In this document: piece after piece, positions 29,688 through 38,388 of the stretch
How the letters are laid out: the number at the start of each line of letters is the position of its first letter
Position numbering within the stretch: the first letter of the stretch is position 1
From: Candidatus Eiseniibacteriota bacterium
GTDB taxonomy: Bacteria > Orphanbacterota > Orphanbacteria > Orphanbacterales > Orphanbacteraceae
Direction: 5' to 3'
Length of the DNA stretch: 64,000 nt
Assembly (NCBI GenBank): GCA_043809585.1
Contig: JBDROZ010000003.1
Coordinates: forward strand, 1-64,000
Notes under the pieces: model-generated
Databases searched by the model: none
The model's input: the letters and a program-made list of their open reading frames with translations, nothing else
What the model was told of the DNA's origin: nothing
Program-made: the position numbers and the translations under genes

Positions 29688-31379
29688 CTACATCTTCCTG
29701 TAGTCGGGACCGCCCCCGCCCTCGGGCGTGGTCCAGTCGATGATCTGATAAGGATCCATGATGTCGCATGTCTTGCAATGGACGCAATTCGAAAAGTCGA
29801 TCCGGATCCCCGCCGGTTTCTCGCCCTCCCATTCCATGTGGTAGACCGAGGCGGGGCAAAACCGTTCGCATGGGGCCCCGAACTCGGTTACGCAGCGGTC
29901 CACGCAGATGTCCGGTTCCCGGATCATCAAATGGACCGGCTGGTCCTCTTCGTGCTCGGTCCCCGACTTGTAGAGGTCCGTGAGCTTGTCGAAGAGGTAT
30001 TCGTTGTCGAACGCCTTTTCGGCGGGTGGTTTTCCGGCCCTGCCGTAGTATCCGGCGACGGTCTTCATCCGCGAGTGGCCCGGCGTCGAGATCATCCGCT
30101 CCTTGAGGCCCCGCCCGCCGGTGGCCATTTGGAGACCCGCGTGCATCAGGCCGGACCAGAGCCCGTTCTCGAAACCCTGATGGAAGTTCCGGGCGCCGTA
30201 CATCTCGGTCCGGGCCCAGCTCGATTCGTACGCCTTGTCATAGCGGCCGAGGAAGGGGGCGGAGAAGTCGTCTTCGAACAGCGCCTCGGCGATCGCCTCG
30301 GCGGCGAGCATGCCCGACTTCATCGCCAGGTGGACCCCCTTCAGGCGGAAGGGGTTCAGGATCGACGCCGTGTCGCCGACGAGCAGGGCGCCGCCGAGGG
30401 AGAGTCTCGGCACGCTCCAATGGCCGCCGAGGGGCATCGTCTTCGCGCCGTACCCTTCGAGGGATCCCCCTTGAAGAATGCCGCGCAGCACGGGATGCTC
30501 CTTCCAATCCTGGAACTTGGCGTGAGGATCGAGAAAGGGATCGGGGTAGTCGAGACCGACCACGAGGCCGGCGGAGACGAGACCGTCCCTCATGCCGTAG
30601 ACCCAGCCGCCGCCGTAGGTGTCCTTCGCGAGAGGGTGGCCCATCGTGTGGATCACCTGTCCGGGCCCGATGCGCCCCTCCGGAACCTTCCACACCTCTT
30701 TCACGCCGATCCCGTACACCGCCGGGTTCCGCCCGTCCGTCAGGTCCGGACGCCGGTCGAAGAGCTTTTTCGCGAGGCTCCCCCGGGTCCCTTCGCCGAG
30801 CACGGTCACTTTCGCCCTGAAATCGGCCCCCGGTTGATGGTTCGGCCTCGGGTTCCCTTCCTTGTCGATTCCCTTGTCGGCGGTGCGGACGCCGGCGACA
30901 TCGTCCCCCTCCCAGAGGAGTTCGGCGCCGGGGAAGGTGGGGAAGATCTCGATCCCTTCCTCTTCGGCGACGGAGGCGAGCCACTTGGTGAACTCGCCGA
31001 GGCTGATCACGTAGTTGCCGTGGTTGTTCAGAGAGGGGGGCATGAAGGGGGCCTTGATCTTCCCCTTCCCGGTCAGGAAGAGCAGATCGTCCCCCGTCAC
31101 GGGCGACTCGAGGGGACACTCTCTCGACTCGAAATCGGGGATCAGCTCGCGGAGGGCCCGGGGGTCGAGCACGGCGCCGGAGAGGGAGTGGCCCCCCGGC
31201 TCCTTGCTCTTTTCGATGACGGCGATGAAGACCTCGCCCTGTTTCTTGCCTCCCCCCTTCTCCGCGTCTTCGTTCTTCGCCTTGATGATGCGGGAGAGGT
31301 GGATCGCCCCGGCGAGAGAGGCCGCTCCGGCACCGACGAACAACACGTCGACGTCGAGAACTTCCCGTTCGGCAGGCAT
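29688..31379 (-). CDS. Electron transfer flavoprotein:quinone oxidoreductase
   Basis: DVLFVGAGAASL, GGHSLSGA, YGIGVKEVW, KGVHLAMKSG, CPASVY, NCVHCKTCDI, PEGGGGP. Confidence 0.93.
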   Translation of the reverse strand: MPAEREVLDVDVLFVGAGAASLAGAIHLSRIIKAKNEDAEKGGGKKQGEVFIAVIEKSKEPGGHSLSGAVLDPRALRELIPDFESRECPLESPVTGDDLLFLTGKGKIKAPFMPPSLNNHGNYVISLGEFTKWLASVAEEEGIEIFPTFPGAELLWEGDDVAGVRTADKGIDKEGNPRPNHQPGADFRAKVTVLGEGTRGSLAKKLFDRRPDLTDGRNPAVYGIGVKEVWKVPEGRIGPGQVIHTMGHPLAKDTYGGGWVYGMRDGLVSAGLVVGLDYPDPFLDPHAKFQDWKEHPVLRGILQGGSLEGYGAKTMPLGGHWSVPRLSLGGALLVGDTASILNPFRLKGVHLAMKSGMLAAEAIAEALFEDDFSAPFLGRYDKAYESSWARTEMYGARNFHQGFENGLWSGLMHAGLQMATGGRGLKERMISTPGHSRMKTVAGYYGRAGKPPAEKAFDNEYLFDKLTDLYKSGTEHEEDQPVHLMIREPDICVDRCVTEFGAPCERFCPASVYHMEWEGEKPAGIRIDFSNCVHCKTCDIMDPYQIIDWTTPEGGGGPDYRKM

Positions 31380-31489
31380 GGCGGTCTCCTCGTGACCCGT
31401 CCGGGGAGCAAGAACCCAACTCAAGATCGTTTGCCAAGTTATCAGTACGGTTGCGCTTCTGGCAACGGAAAAAGGAAGGAGCGCGGGCG

Positions 31490-31665
31490 GCCCACGGATG
31501 CCGAGTCGGTCCGTCACGAGGGACCGGATCCCGCGGCGAGAGGGGTTTCGGACGAGTCCCGGACCGGAGGCGGGGCTATGGCCCCGTCGAGGACCGGGAC
31601 GACGGAGAAAGCCCTCGCAGGCCGGGAGCCGGTTCCGCAGTAGGAGCGACGAGGAATCCGCGGGC
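31490..31665 (+). repeat. GA-loop rod hairpin element, copy C
   Basis: Arms gcccacggatgcc/ggaatccgcgggc; loops gtcacga/gcagta, ggcga/gcag, cggacga/gacggag, cggag/cga. Confidence 0.85.
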
Positions 31666-34600
31666 TAACGTAACCCGTACTTCTCGAGCTTCTTGTGGAG
31701 GCCCCAACGGGAGAGGCCTAGATCGCGGGCCGTCTTGGAGACGTTGTCCTGGTTCTTTTCGAGGTGGCGGCGGAGGAGCTCCCGCTCGTACCGTTCCATC
31801 TGGTCCCTGAGGGGGCCGGACGAGGCCGCCGCTCCGAGAGGCGCGGGCCCCCCCGAGGCCGACCCTCCCCGGATCGCGGGGGAAAGGCGGTCGGGGGTGA
31901 CCACGCCCGCCTCGTCGAGCACTACCACCCGGCGCATCTCGGAGCGGAGCTCCCGGACGTTGCCCTGCCAGGCGTGGCGGACCAGGGCCTGCGCCGCCTC
32001 CTCGTCGAGCCGGACCGGGTCCTTCCCCATCTCGGCGGAGAAGATCCGGAGAAAGTAGTTCGAGAGAAGAAGAATGTCTTCCACCCGCTCCCGGAGCGGA
32101 GGCAGGTTGATGTTGATCACGTTCAGCCGGTAGTAGAGGTCTTCCAGAAACCGGCCCTCGTCGACCTCTTTCTTCAGATCACGGTTCGTGGCGCAAATGA
32201 ACCGGACGTCCACGTCCTGGAACTGGTTCGCGCCGAGGGGGCGGATCCGCTTCTCCTCGAGCACGTGCAGGAGTTTCGACTGGACCTGGGGATTCATCTT
32301 GTCGATCTCGTCGAGGAAGACCGTCGATCCCGACGCCTCGACCAGAAGGCCCGTCTTGTCGGCGTGGGCGCCCGTGAAGGCCCCGTGCCGGTGTCCGAAG
32401 AGCTCGCTCTCCAGGAGTTGTTCCGGGAGTGTCGCGCAGTTGACGCTGTACATCGTTTTCGAGCCCCGGGGGCTCGACCCGTGCACGGCGTTCGCGATCA
32501 GCTGTTTGCCCGTCCCCGTCTCTCCCTGGATCAGGACGGTCACGTTCGTGCCCGCCACCTTCCGGACCAAGTCGAGGACATCGTACATGCGCTCGCTCTG
32601 GGTGACGATCTCGTCGAACCGCGAGGACCGGTTCACCTGGCGCCGGAGGCGGACGTTCTCTTCCTCCAGCTCCTTCTGTTTCGTCGAGAGGAGGGAGAGG
32701 ATGAAGCGCTGGGACCGGACGAGGCCGACCACCAGATCGAGCTCTCTCGAGCCGTACGGTGTCCGGTCCTGGGCCCGTTCGAGATAAATCGCCCCCGAGA
32801 TCTCCGTGTTCGTCTGGAACGGCACGAGCAGAAGGCTCTGCACCGTCCCCCCTTCGGAGAGGGCCGATCCCGGAATGCGCGGGTCCTTGGTCACCGCCGT
32901 GGAGAGGAACGGCCGCCCGCCCCGCCGGCACCGGTCGAACACCGGCAGCAGCAGGCGCACGACCTCCCGAGCCTGCTTCCGGTCGAGACCGTGCGCGGCC
33001 CGCTCCACCGGCCGGCCGTCGCCGTCGTCGAACACGACCAGGATCCCCCGGTCGCCGTTCGTGCGCTTCACCAGGTCCTCGAGGAGATGGGCCAGATCGA
33101 AATCGTCCGAAAGGGCGGGAAGAAGATCGTGAATGGCAAGATGATCGTTCCGCCCCGAAAGGGAGCGGTCGACGACGATCTCCTCGAGGGCGCGGCGGAG
33201 CCGGTCCACCTTGTCGAGGAGCGGCGCATCCGCCGCCTCCGTGAAGATCTGTTCCGCCTGGGCGAGGGCGTACTCCCATTTGTCCGAAATCCCCTCCCGG
33301 GCGAGGAGACGGGCCTCCTCGAGACGGGCCTTGCCGAGCCATATCGGGACGCCCGCTTCGCCGAAGATCTTGCGCGCCTCCGCGATCTCCAGTTGGAGAT
33401 CCGCGTCGTCTCCGAGGGAAGCGTCGATCGTGAACCGCACGTGCCGCACCAGGGCCTTGCCGAGTTCGACCTTCTCGTCCATTTCCCGAAGCCGGGAGAT
33501 GCCCTGGCGGAACATCCGCTCCCCTTCCTCCATCCGGCCCTCTTCGGCGGCGAGGGCCCCGAGGGCGCAGGCGAGAACGGCCTCCTCGAAGCGCTCGCCG
33601 ATCTTGCGGGCCGCGATCATGGCGCTCCGTAGATGAGAGCCGGCCCGGTCGAAGGCCCGGAGCTTCATTTCCGCCGCGCCGAGACGGCGCCCGATCTGCA
33701 CGGCGTGCTCCGAATCGGGACCGAGGGGCGCCGCCGCGACGAGGGCTTCCTCGTAGAGGCGGATCGCCTTCTCCGGGTCGCCCCCGTGACGCTCGATGTC
33801 TCCGAGGTCGCGCCGAATCAGCACCTCTTCCCGGAGGTATCCGTGCTCGACGCAATCGGTCAGGGTCGACTCCAAGTGGGACCGCGCTTCCTTGCGCTTC
33901 CCCCGGAGGATCTGAATCCGGGCCAAACCGATGCGGGAGAGGGCGACGCACTGCTGCTGGCCCGTCTGCAGGTAGATCCGGAGGGAGTCGCGGTACGCCT
34001 CCTCGGCGAGCTGCAGATTGCCTTTGTGGAAGTGGGTCACCGCCATGTTCAACAGAACGTGGCCCCGGTAGGAGTAGTCCCCGCTGACGTTCAGGATCTT
34101 CTTGGCATTCTCGAGCAGGTAGAGGGCACGATCGTTGTCGCTTCTCTCCTTGCAGACGAGGGCGAGGTTGATCGTCGCCTGCACCTGGCGCCGCGAATCG
34201 CCGGCCCGCCGGGCGCTCGCGAGGGCGTCCTCGTAATACTCCCGGGCCCGCTCGTAATCGCCGGTCCGGAAGTAAACGTGACCGAAACAGATGTGGAGCT
34301 TCGCAAGCGCGGCATCGTCCCCGCTTCGCTGCAGGATGCGGAAGGCCTCCTCACAGCGTTCCGCCGCCGGTTCGTACCGCCCCCGCTTGATCTCCAAGTA
34401 CCCACGGAGAATGCTCACTTCCGCCTCGAGGGGCTTCCGCTCCGGATCCGGGAGTTCGGCCGCTTCCCGGGCCGTGTCGTGGAGAGCGCGCTCCGTCGAG
34501 GCGAGATCACCCCGCTCGTAGAGGCACCACGCCTCCTTGACGCGCACCGCGACCGCGTCGGCGGGCGATAGAGAACCGCGGCTCACGCCGAGGGTTCGAA

Positions 34601-34766
34601 AATCGTGATACTTGTTCTGGGCCTGTTGGAATTGATCGACGTCGTAGTAGAGGTCGCCGAGGCGTTCGAGACGGGCGAGGCGCTCGTCCACGTCCCTCTC
34701 GTCGTCGAGACGATCGAGAGCCGTGAGCTCACACTGGATGAGTCTCTTTCGGTCGTCCGTGGTCAT
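31665..34766 (-). CDS. Sigma54-dependent enhancer-binding protein with N-terminal TPR array and GAF domain
   Basis: About 520 aa of TPR-like helices, GAF-like middle region, GETGTGK, ESELFGHRHGAFTGA, FLDEID, RFLEDLYYRLNV, WQGNVREL, Fis-type HTH; no TM segment or receiver domain. Confidence 0.92.
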   Translation of the reverse strand: MTTDDRKRLIQCELTALDRLDDERDVDERLARLERLGDLYYDVDQFQQAQNKYHDFRTLGVSRGSLSPADAVAVRVKEAWCLYERGDLASTERALHDTAREAAELPDPERKPLEAEVSILRGYLEIKRGRYEPAAERCEEAFRILQRSGDDAALAKLHICFGHVYFRTGDYERAREYYEDALASARRAGDSRRQVQATINLALVCKERSDNDRALYLLENAKKILNVSGDYSYRGHVLLNMAVTHFHKGNLQLAEEAYRDSLRIYLQTGQQQCVALSRIGLARIQILRGKRKEARSHLESTLTDCVEHGYLREEVLIRRDLGDIERHGGDPEKAIRLYEEALVAAAPLGPDSEHAVQIGRRLGAAEMKLRAFDRAGSHLRSAMIAARKIGERFEEAVLACALGALAAEEGRMEEGERMFRQGISRLREMDEKVELGKALVRHVRFTIDASLGDDADLQLEIAEARKIFGEAGVPIWLGKARLEEARLLAREGISDKWEYALAQAEQIFTEAADAPLLDKVDRLRRALEEIVVDRSLSGRNDHLAIHDLLPALSDDFDLAHLLEDLVKRTNGDRGILVVFDDGDGRPVERAAHGLDRKQAREVVRLLLPVFDRCRRGGRPFLSTAVTKDPRIPGSALSEGGTVQSLLLVPFQTNTEISGAIYLERAQDRTPYGSRELDLVVGLVRSQRFILSLLSTKQKELEEENVRLRRQVNRSSRFDEIVTQSERMYDVLDLVRKVAGTNVTVLIQGETGTGKQLIANAVHGSSPRGSKTMYSVNCATLPEQLLESELFGHRHGAFTGAHADKTGLLVEASGSTVFLDEIDKMNPQVQSKLLHVLEEKRIRPLGANQFQDVDVRFICATNRDLKKEVDEGRFLEDLYYRLNVININLPPLRERVEDILLLSNYFLRIFSAEMGKDPVRLDEEAAQALVRHAWQGNVRELRSEMRRVVVLDEAGVVTPDRLSPAIRGGSASGGPAPLGAAASSGPLRDQMERYERELLRRHLEKNQDNVSKTARDLGLSRWGLHKKLEKYGLR

Positions 34767-34826
34767 AAGACCCGCGTGCCGATCCCGCCGGAAACACCCG
34801 CCACGGGGAGCGGAATCCTTCCGGCG

Positions 34827-35171
34827 TTAGAATGCGAACGCCGTGCCCAGCACGTCCGTGATGATGTTCACGAGACGCAGGAACTCTGCTTTCGTGAGGG
34901 TTCCCTCGCTGGCTCCGACGTAGACACTCATGTATTCGACACCTACGTCCACAATGTGATCGGAGCCCGTTCCCCCGAGAACCGGAACGGGATTGTCCGG
35001 GTCGCCGCCCCCATGGTCCTCTGTCCCGTCTCCATTCACGTCGATCGGGGGCTTGTTATACTTCGTGCCGTCATCCCCGTCATCGGCCCATGCGAACGAA
35101 AACGTCAGGCAGGTCGCCATGAAGACCACGAGCAGCACCTGGGGGAGCGCGGAGATCTTCCTCGAAACCAT
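34827..35171 (-). CDS. Small secreted acidic protein / putative pro-peptide
   Basis: 114 aa; Sec signal ending FAWA|DD; DVNGDG, GGGDPDNP; hydrophobic C-terminal helix; GGGAG RBS. Confidence 0.75.
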   Translation of the reverse strand: MVSRKISALPQVLLVVFMATCLTFSFAWADDGDDGTKYNKPPIDVNGDGTEDHGGGDPDNPVPVLGGTGSDHIVDVGVEYMSVYVGASEGTLTKAEFLRLVNIITDVLGTAFAF

Positions 35172-35245
35172 CTCTCCCTACCTTCCCTGTGGGGTGGATA
35201 CCGCATACCCAGTCGGTAGTCAGGATCGAACCCCGTACGTGTAAG

Positions 35246-35276
35246 ATTCTACTAAAGTTGACCCCCACTTGTCAAC
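35246..35276 (-). promoter_or_regulatory. Sigma70 promoter of the peptide/EBP operon overlapped by a GTTGAC-N8-GTCAAC inverted repeat
   Basis: Minus strand TTGACA-18 nt-TAGAAT; gttgac 35257-35262 / gtcaac 35271-35276. Confidence 0.65.
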
Positions 35277-35548
35277 GTGATGGAGCGACGTAGCCATTGG
35301 CAACAAGACGCAAGATTCGTTCCCCAGGAAGAGAATGAGAGAAGAAGAGATGTATCTCGCTATATTCATACAGATAGGACGAATGCTCCACCACATGGAG
35401 AGGTGAAATCACTTGTCAACAATGGTTGACGATCAAAAGACCAAAGTGCCCCATCCCCAGGAACACATTGTGAAACAATAAATTAGAGCTGTCAAGAGGA
35501 ATTGACGGTATTCCGGATCCTGGCAACTCCCGGTGACGGGCACTCCGG

Positions 35549-35587
35549 TTGACGGCGGCTCCTCGTTTCCCTATCCTCCCGTATAAT
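35549..35587 (+). promoter_or_regulatory. Sigma70-type promoter for the nucleoside phosphorylase
   Basis: TTGACG-17 nt-TATCCT, with a TATAAT just downstream. Confidence 0.5.
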
Positions 35588-35649
35588 CAAAAGGTAGCTC
35601 TCAGGTAGTCACATGGGCCCGGCCTCGGGCGGGGTCCCCGGGAGGAACC

Positions 35650-36483
35650 ATGGGTAAGCAGCTGATTACGGGATTAAGAGAATCGGATGTGGCTCCGTAT
35701 GTGTTTCTTTGCGGGGAGCCCGAAAGAGTCCCCCGGATCGCCGGCCTGATCGGGGGGGGCGAACAGGTGGCCGTGGTCCGGGAGTACACGATTCACCGTT
35801 GCGACTTGGGGGGGACGGAGGTGACCGTCGCGTCCACGGGTGTGGGGGGGCCATCGACGGCGGTGCTCCTCGAGGAGTTCGCCAACCTGGGGGCGCACAC
35901 GTTTCTCCGTGTCGGCACGTCCGGCGGGATCGGCGAAAAAGTGAGAAAGGGGGACTTCGTGATTTCCACCGGCGCGATCCGGGAGGACGGAACGTCCCAC
36001 GCCTACGCGTGGCCTTCCTATCCCGCCGCCGCCCACCATCAGGCGGTACTCGCGCTGATCGCGGCCGCGGAGACCTCGGGGGGCCGGTACCACGTGGGGA
36101 TCACGTTCTCGGTGGATGGGTTCTACGCGGAGAACAAAACCCTTCGGGAGGAGGGGCTCGCCTCCAAGTCCCACGGCGGTTTCCTGCTCCCATCCCGCGT
36201 CGACCGACTGGGTGACGTCGCCGCCATGGGGGCGATGCACATCGAGATGGAGAACGGCACGCTCTTCACGCTCGGGGGGCTCTTCGGTCTTCGTACGGGA
36301 TCGATCTGCACGGTCTCGGACGTGGTGCCCTGGCACCCCACGGAGGACATCATCAACTTCGAGGAGAACATCGCGGACTGCATCAAGGTCGGCATCGAGG
36401 GGATGAGGAATCTGATCGCCTGGGACAGGGAGCGGGGCGGCGCGGAGCACTGGCATCCAGGGATGGGAAGTGGCCCCCGTTGA
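35650..36483 (+). CDS. Uridine/purine nucleoside phosphorylase family protein
   Basis: GEPERV, STGVGGPST..LEE, RVGTSG, REDGTS, EME. Confidence 0.9.
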   Translation: MGKQLITGLRESDVAPYVFLCGEPERVPRIAGLIGGGEQVAVVREYTIHRCDLGGTEVTVASTGVGGPSTAVLLEEFANLGAHTFLRVGTSGGIGEKVRKGDFVISTGAIREDGTSHAYAWPSYPAAAHHQAVLALIAAAETSGGRYHVGITFSVDGFYAENKTLREEGLASKSHGGFLLPSRVDRLGDVAAMGAMHIEMENGTLFTLGGLFGLRTGSICTVSDVVPWHPTEDIINFEENIADCIKVGIEGMRNLIAWDRERGGAEHWHPGMGSGPR

Positions 36484-36504
36484 CGATTCTGTTTTCTCTT
36501 CGGA

Positions 36505-36670
36505 TAGTCGAAACGTCCGGGTGAGGTGGCTTCCGAGAGAAGAAGGCCCGAGCACGGACGCCGGAACCCTCCGGGTCAGTCTTGTCGCGCTCATGTCGTG
36601 GGAGGGCAGGAGATGAGCGGTGAGATGCCCGGAGGCGTTCCTTTGTCCACCTCTCCCGGGCGTCTCGCTA
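36505..36670. repeat. Multi-stem imperfect palindrome between convergent genes
   Basis: tagtcgaaacgtccgggtgaggtgg pairs with ccacctctcccgggcgtctcgcta; inner ggaaccctccggg/cccggaggcgttcc and gctcat/atgagc. Confidence 0.6.
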
Positions 36671-38071
36671 CCTTCGGCGCGCCTTGGTTCCCTCGGGAGT
36701 ATCCTCGAGCGCGATTCCCTTCGCGAGCAATTCATCCCGGATCCGGTCCGCCTCCGCGAAGTTCCGGCTCTTCCGCGCCTCCTCTCTCCGGCGCACGAGG
36801 CCGAGCGTCTCCTCGTCCAGGTCCGCCTCCTCGACGTTCATCGACTCGACGCAGAGACCGAGTACCTCGTCCATGGCGAGAAGGGTCGCGTGCTTGTCGG
36901 CGTCGGAGAGGCCGTCGTCTCTGAGAGCGCCCCAAAGCGAGGCGAGGGCCCGGGGCATGTTCAGGTCGTCGGCGAGGGCGGCGTCGAACGTCTCGAGATG
37001 GGCTTTCGAGGGCTCCCCGGCACCGGCCTTCCGAATCTCCACGACCCGGTTCCGGAGCCGGTCCAAGGCGTTGGCGCATCCGTCGAGGCTCTCCCACGTA
37101 AAGGTGAGGGGCGCCCGGTAGTGGGCGTTCAGGCAGAAGAGCCGGTAGGCGAGAGGATCGTATCCCCGGGCGACGAGGGTGTCGACGGTGACGAAGTTGT
37201 CCCCCGACTTGGCCATTTTCGCCCCCTCCCCCCCCTCTTCCTTCGAGGGGAGGACGAGAAACTCGCCATGCATCCACCACCGGACCCACTCGTGACCGTA
37301 CGCCGCCTCCACCTGGGCGATCTCGTTCGTGTGATGGATGGCGACGTGGTCCACGCCGCCGCAGTGGATGTCGAAGCTCTCGCCGAGGTAGCGGACCGAC
37401 ATGGCGGAGCACTCGATGTGCCAACCGGGGAAGCCGGTCCCCCACGGGCTTTCCCACTCCATCAGCCGCCGCCTCTCCTTGGGCGAAAACTTCCAGAGGG
37501 CGAAATCGGTCGCGTTCCTCTTCCCCTCCACCATCTCGATCCGGGCCCCCGCCTTGAGCCCCTCCCGGTCGAGCCGGGCGAGCTTCCCGTAGTCCTTCAA
37601 CTTCGCCGTGTCGAAGTAGATGCCGTCGCCGAGACGGTAGGTGTAGCCGTTCTCCTCGAGACGGCGGACGAGGTCGACCTGCTCCCCGATATGCTCCGTC
37701 GCCCGGCACCAGACATCGGGCTCCAGGATGTTCAGGCGCTTCATGTCTTTTCGGAAGGCGTCCCAGTAAAACTCCGCGATCTCCCAAACCGTCTTGCCCT
37801 GATTGGCCGCGCTCTTCTCCATCTTGTCCTCGCCCGTGTCGGCGTCGGAAACGAGATGCCCCACGTCGGTCACGTTCATCACGTGCCGCACCTCGAAACC
37901 CTCTCTCCGGAGAACGCGTTTCAGAACGTCTTCGAAAATGTAGGTCCTGAGATTCCCGATGTGGGCGTACTGGTACACCGTAGGCCCGCAAGCGTAGAGG
38001 CCCACCTTCCCGGGCTCGATGGGCTCGAAGACGTCGGTATTCCGAGTGAGCGTGTTGTAGAGGCGGATCAA
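36668..38071 (-). CDS. cysS: Cysteinyl-tRNA synthetase
   Basis: [43 protein letters not shown] start inferred. Confidence 0.96.
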   Translation of the reverse strand: MIRLYNTLTRNTDVFEPIEPGKVGLYACGPTVYQYAHIGNLRTYIFEDVLKRVLRREGFEVRHVMNVTDVGHLVSDADTGEDKMEKSAANQGKTVWEIAEFYWDAFRKDMKRLNILEPDVWCRATEHIGEQVDLVRRLEENGYTYRLGDGIYFDTAKLKDYGKLARLDREGLKAGARIEMVEGKRNATDFALWKFSPKERRRLMEWESPWGTGFPGWHIECSAMSVRYLGESFDIHCGGVDHVAIHHTNEIAQVEAAYGHEWVRWWMHGEFLVLPSKEEGGEGAKMAKSGDNFVTVDTLVARGYDPLAYRLFCLNAHYRAPLTFTWESLDGCANALDRLRNRVVEIRKAGAGEPSKAHLETFDAALADDLNMPRALASLWGALRDDGLSDADKHATLLAMDEVLGLCVESMNVEEADLDEETLGLVRRREEARKSRNFAEADRIRDELLAKGIALEDTPEGTKARRR

Positions 38072-38388
38072 TGGACTCTCCCCTCCCGGCTCGAAGCGGG
38101 CCCCTCCTCCGGCGCGCGGGCGAACCTCGCGCCCCATCCGGCGTTTCTACCATGGAGGGGCCAAGGCACCGGGAGAGCGAGTATAGAAGCGGCCTCCGGG
38201 GGGTGTCAAGGAACCGCCGGGGGCGGCGGAGCACTCCCCGGCGGGAGGCCCCCTCGGGCCGGCGGCCGGGAGACCGGGGCCGGGGGTCTCCCGAAACGGT
38301 TTGGCCGGCGGTCCCCCTGTGTTATATTGCGAGGGTTATTCTGGCGAGGGACCGGATGTCCACGAATCGGCGGGAGCGGAAAGAGACG

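Noticed and set aside
35221-35236. ggggttcgatcc (minus strand) resembling a tRNA T-loop
   Set aside because: No acceptor, D or anticodon arms can be formed around it.
35298-35314. tggcaacaagacgca as a sigma54 promoter next to the EBP
   Set aside because: GG-to-GC spacing is 9 nt rather than the required 10.
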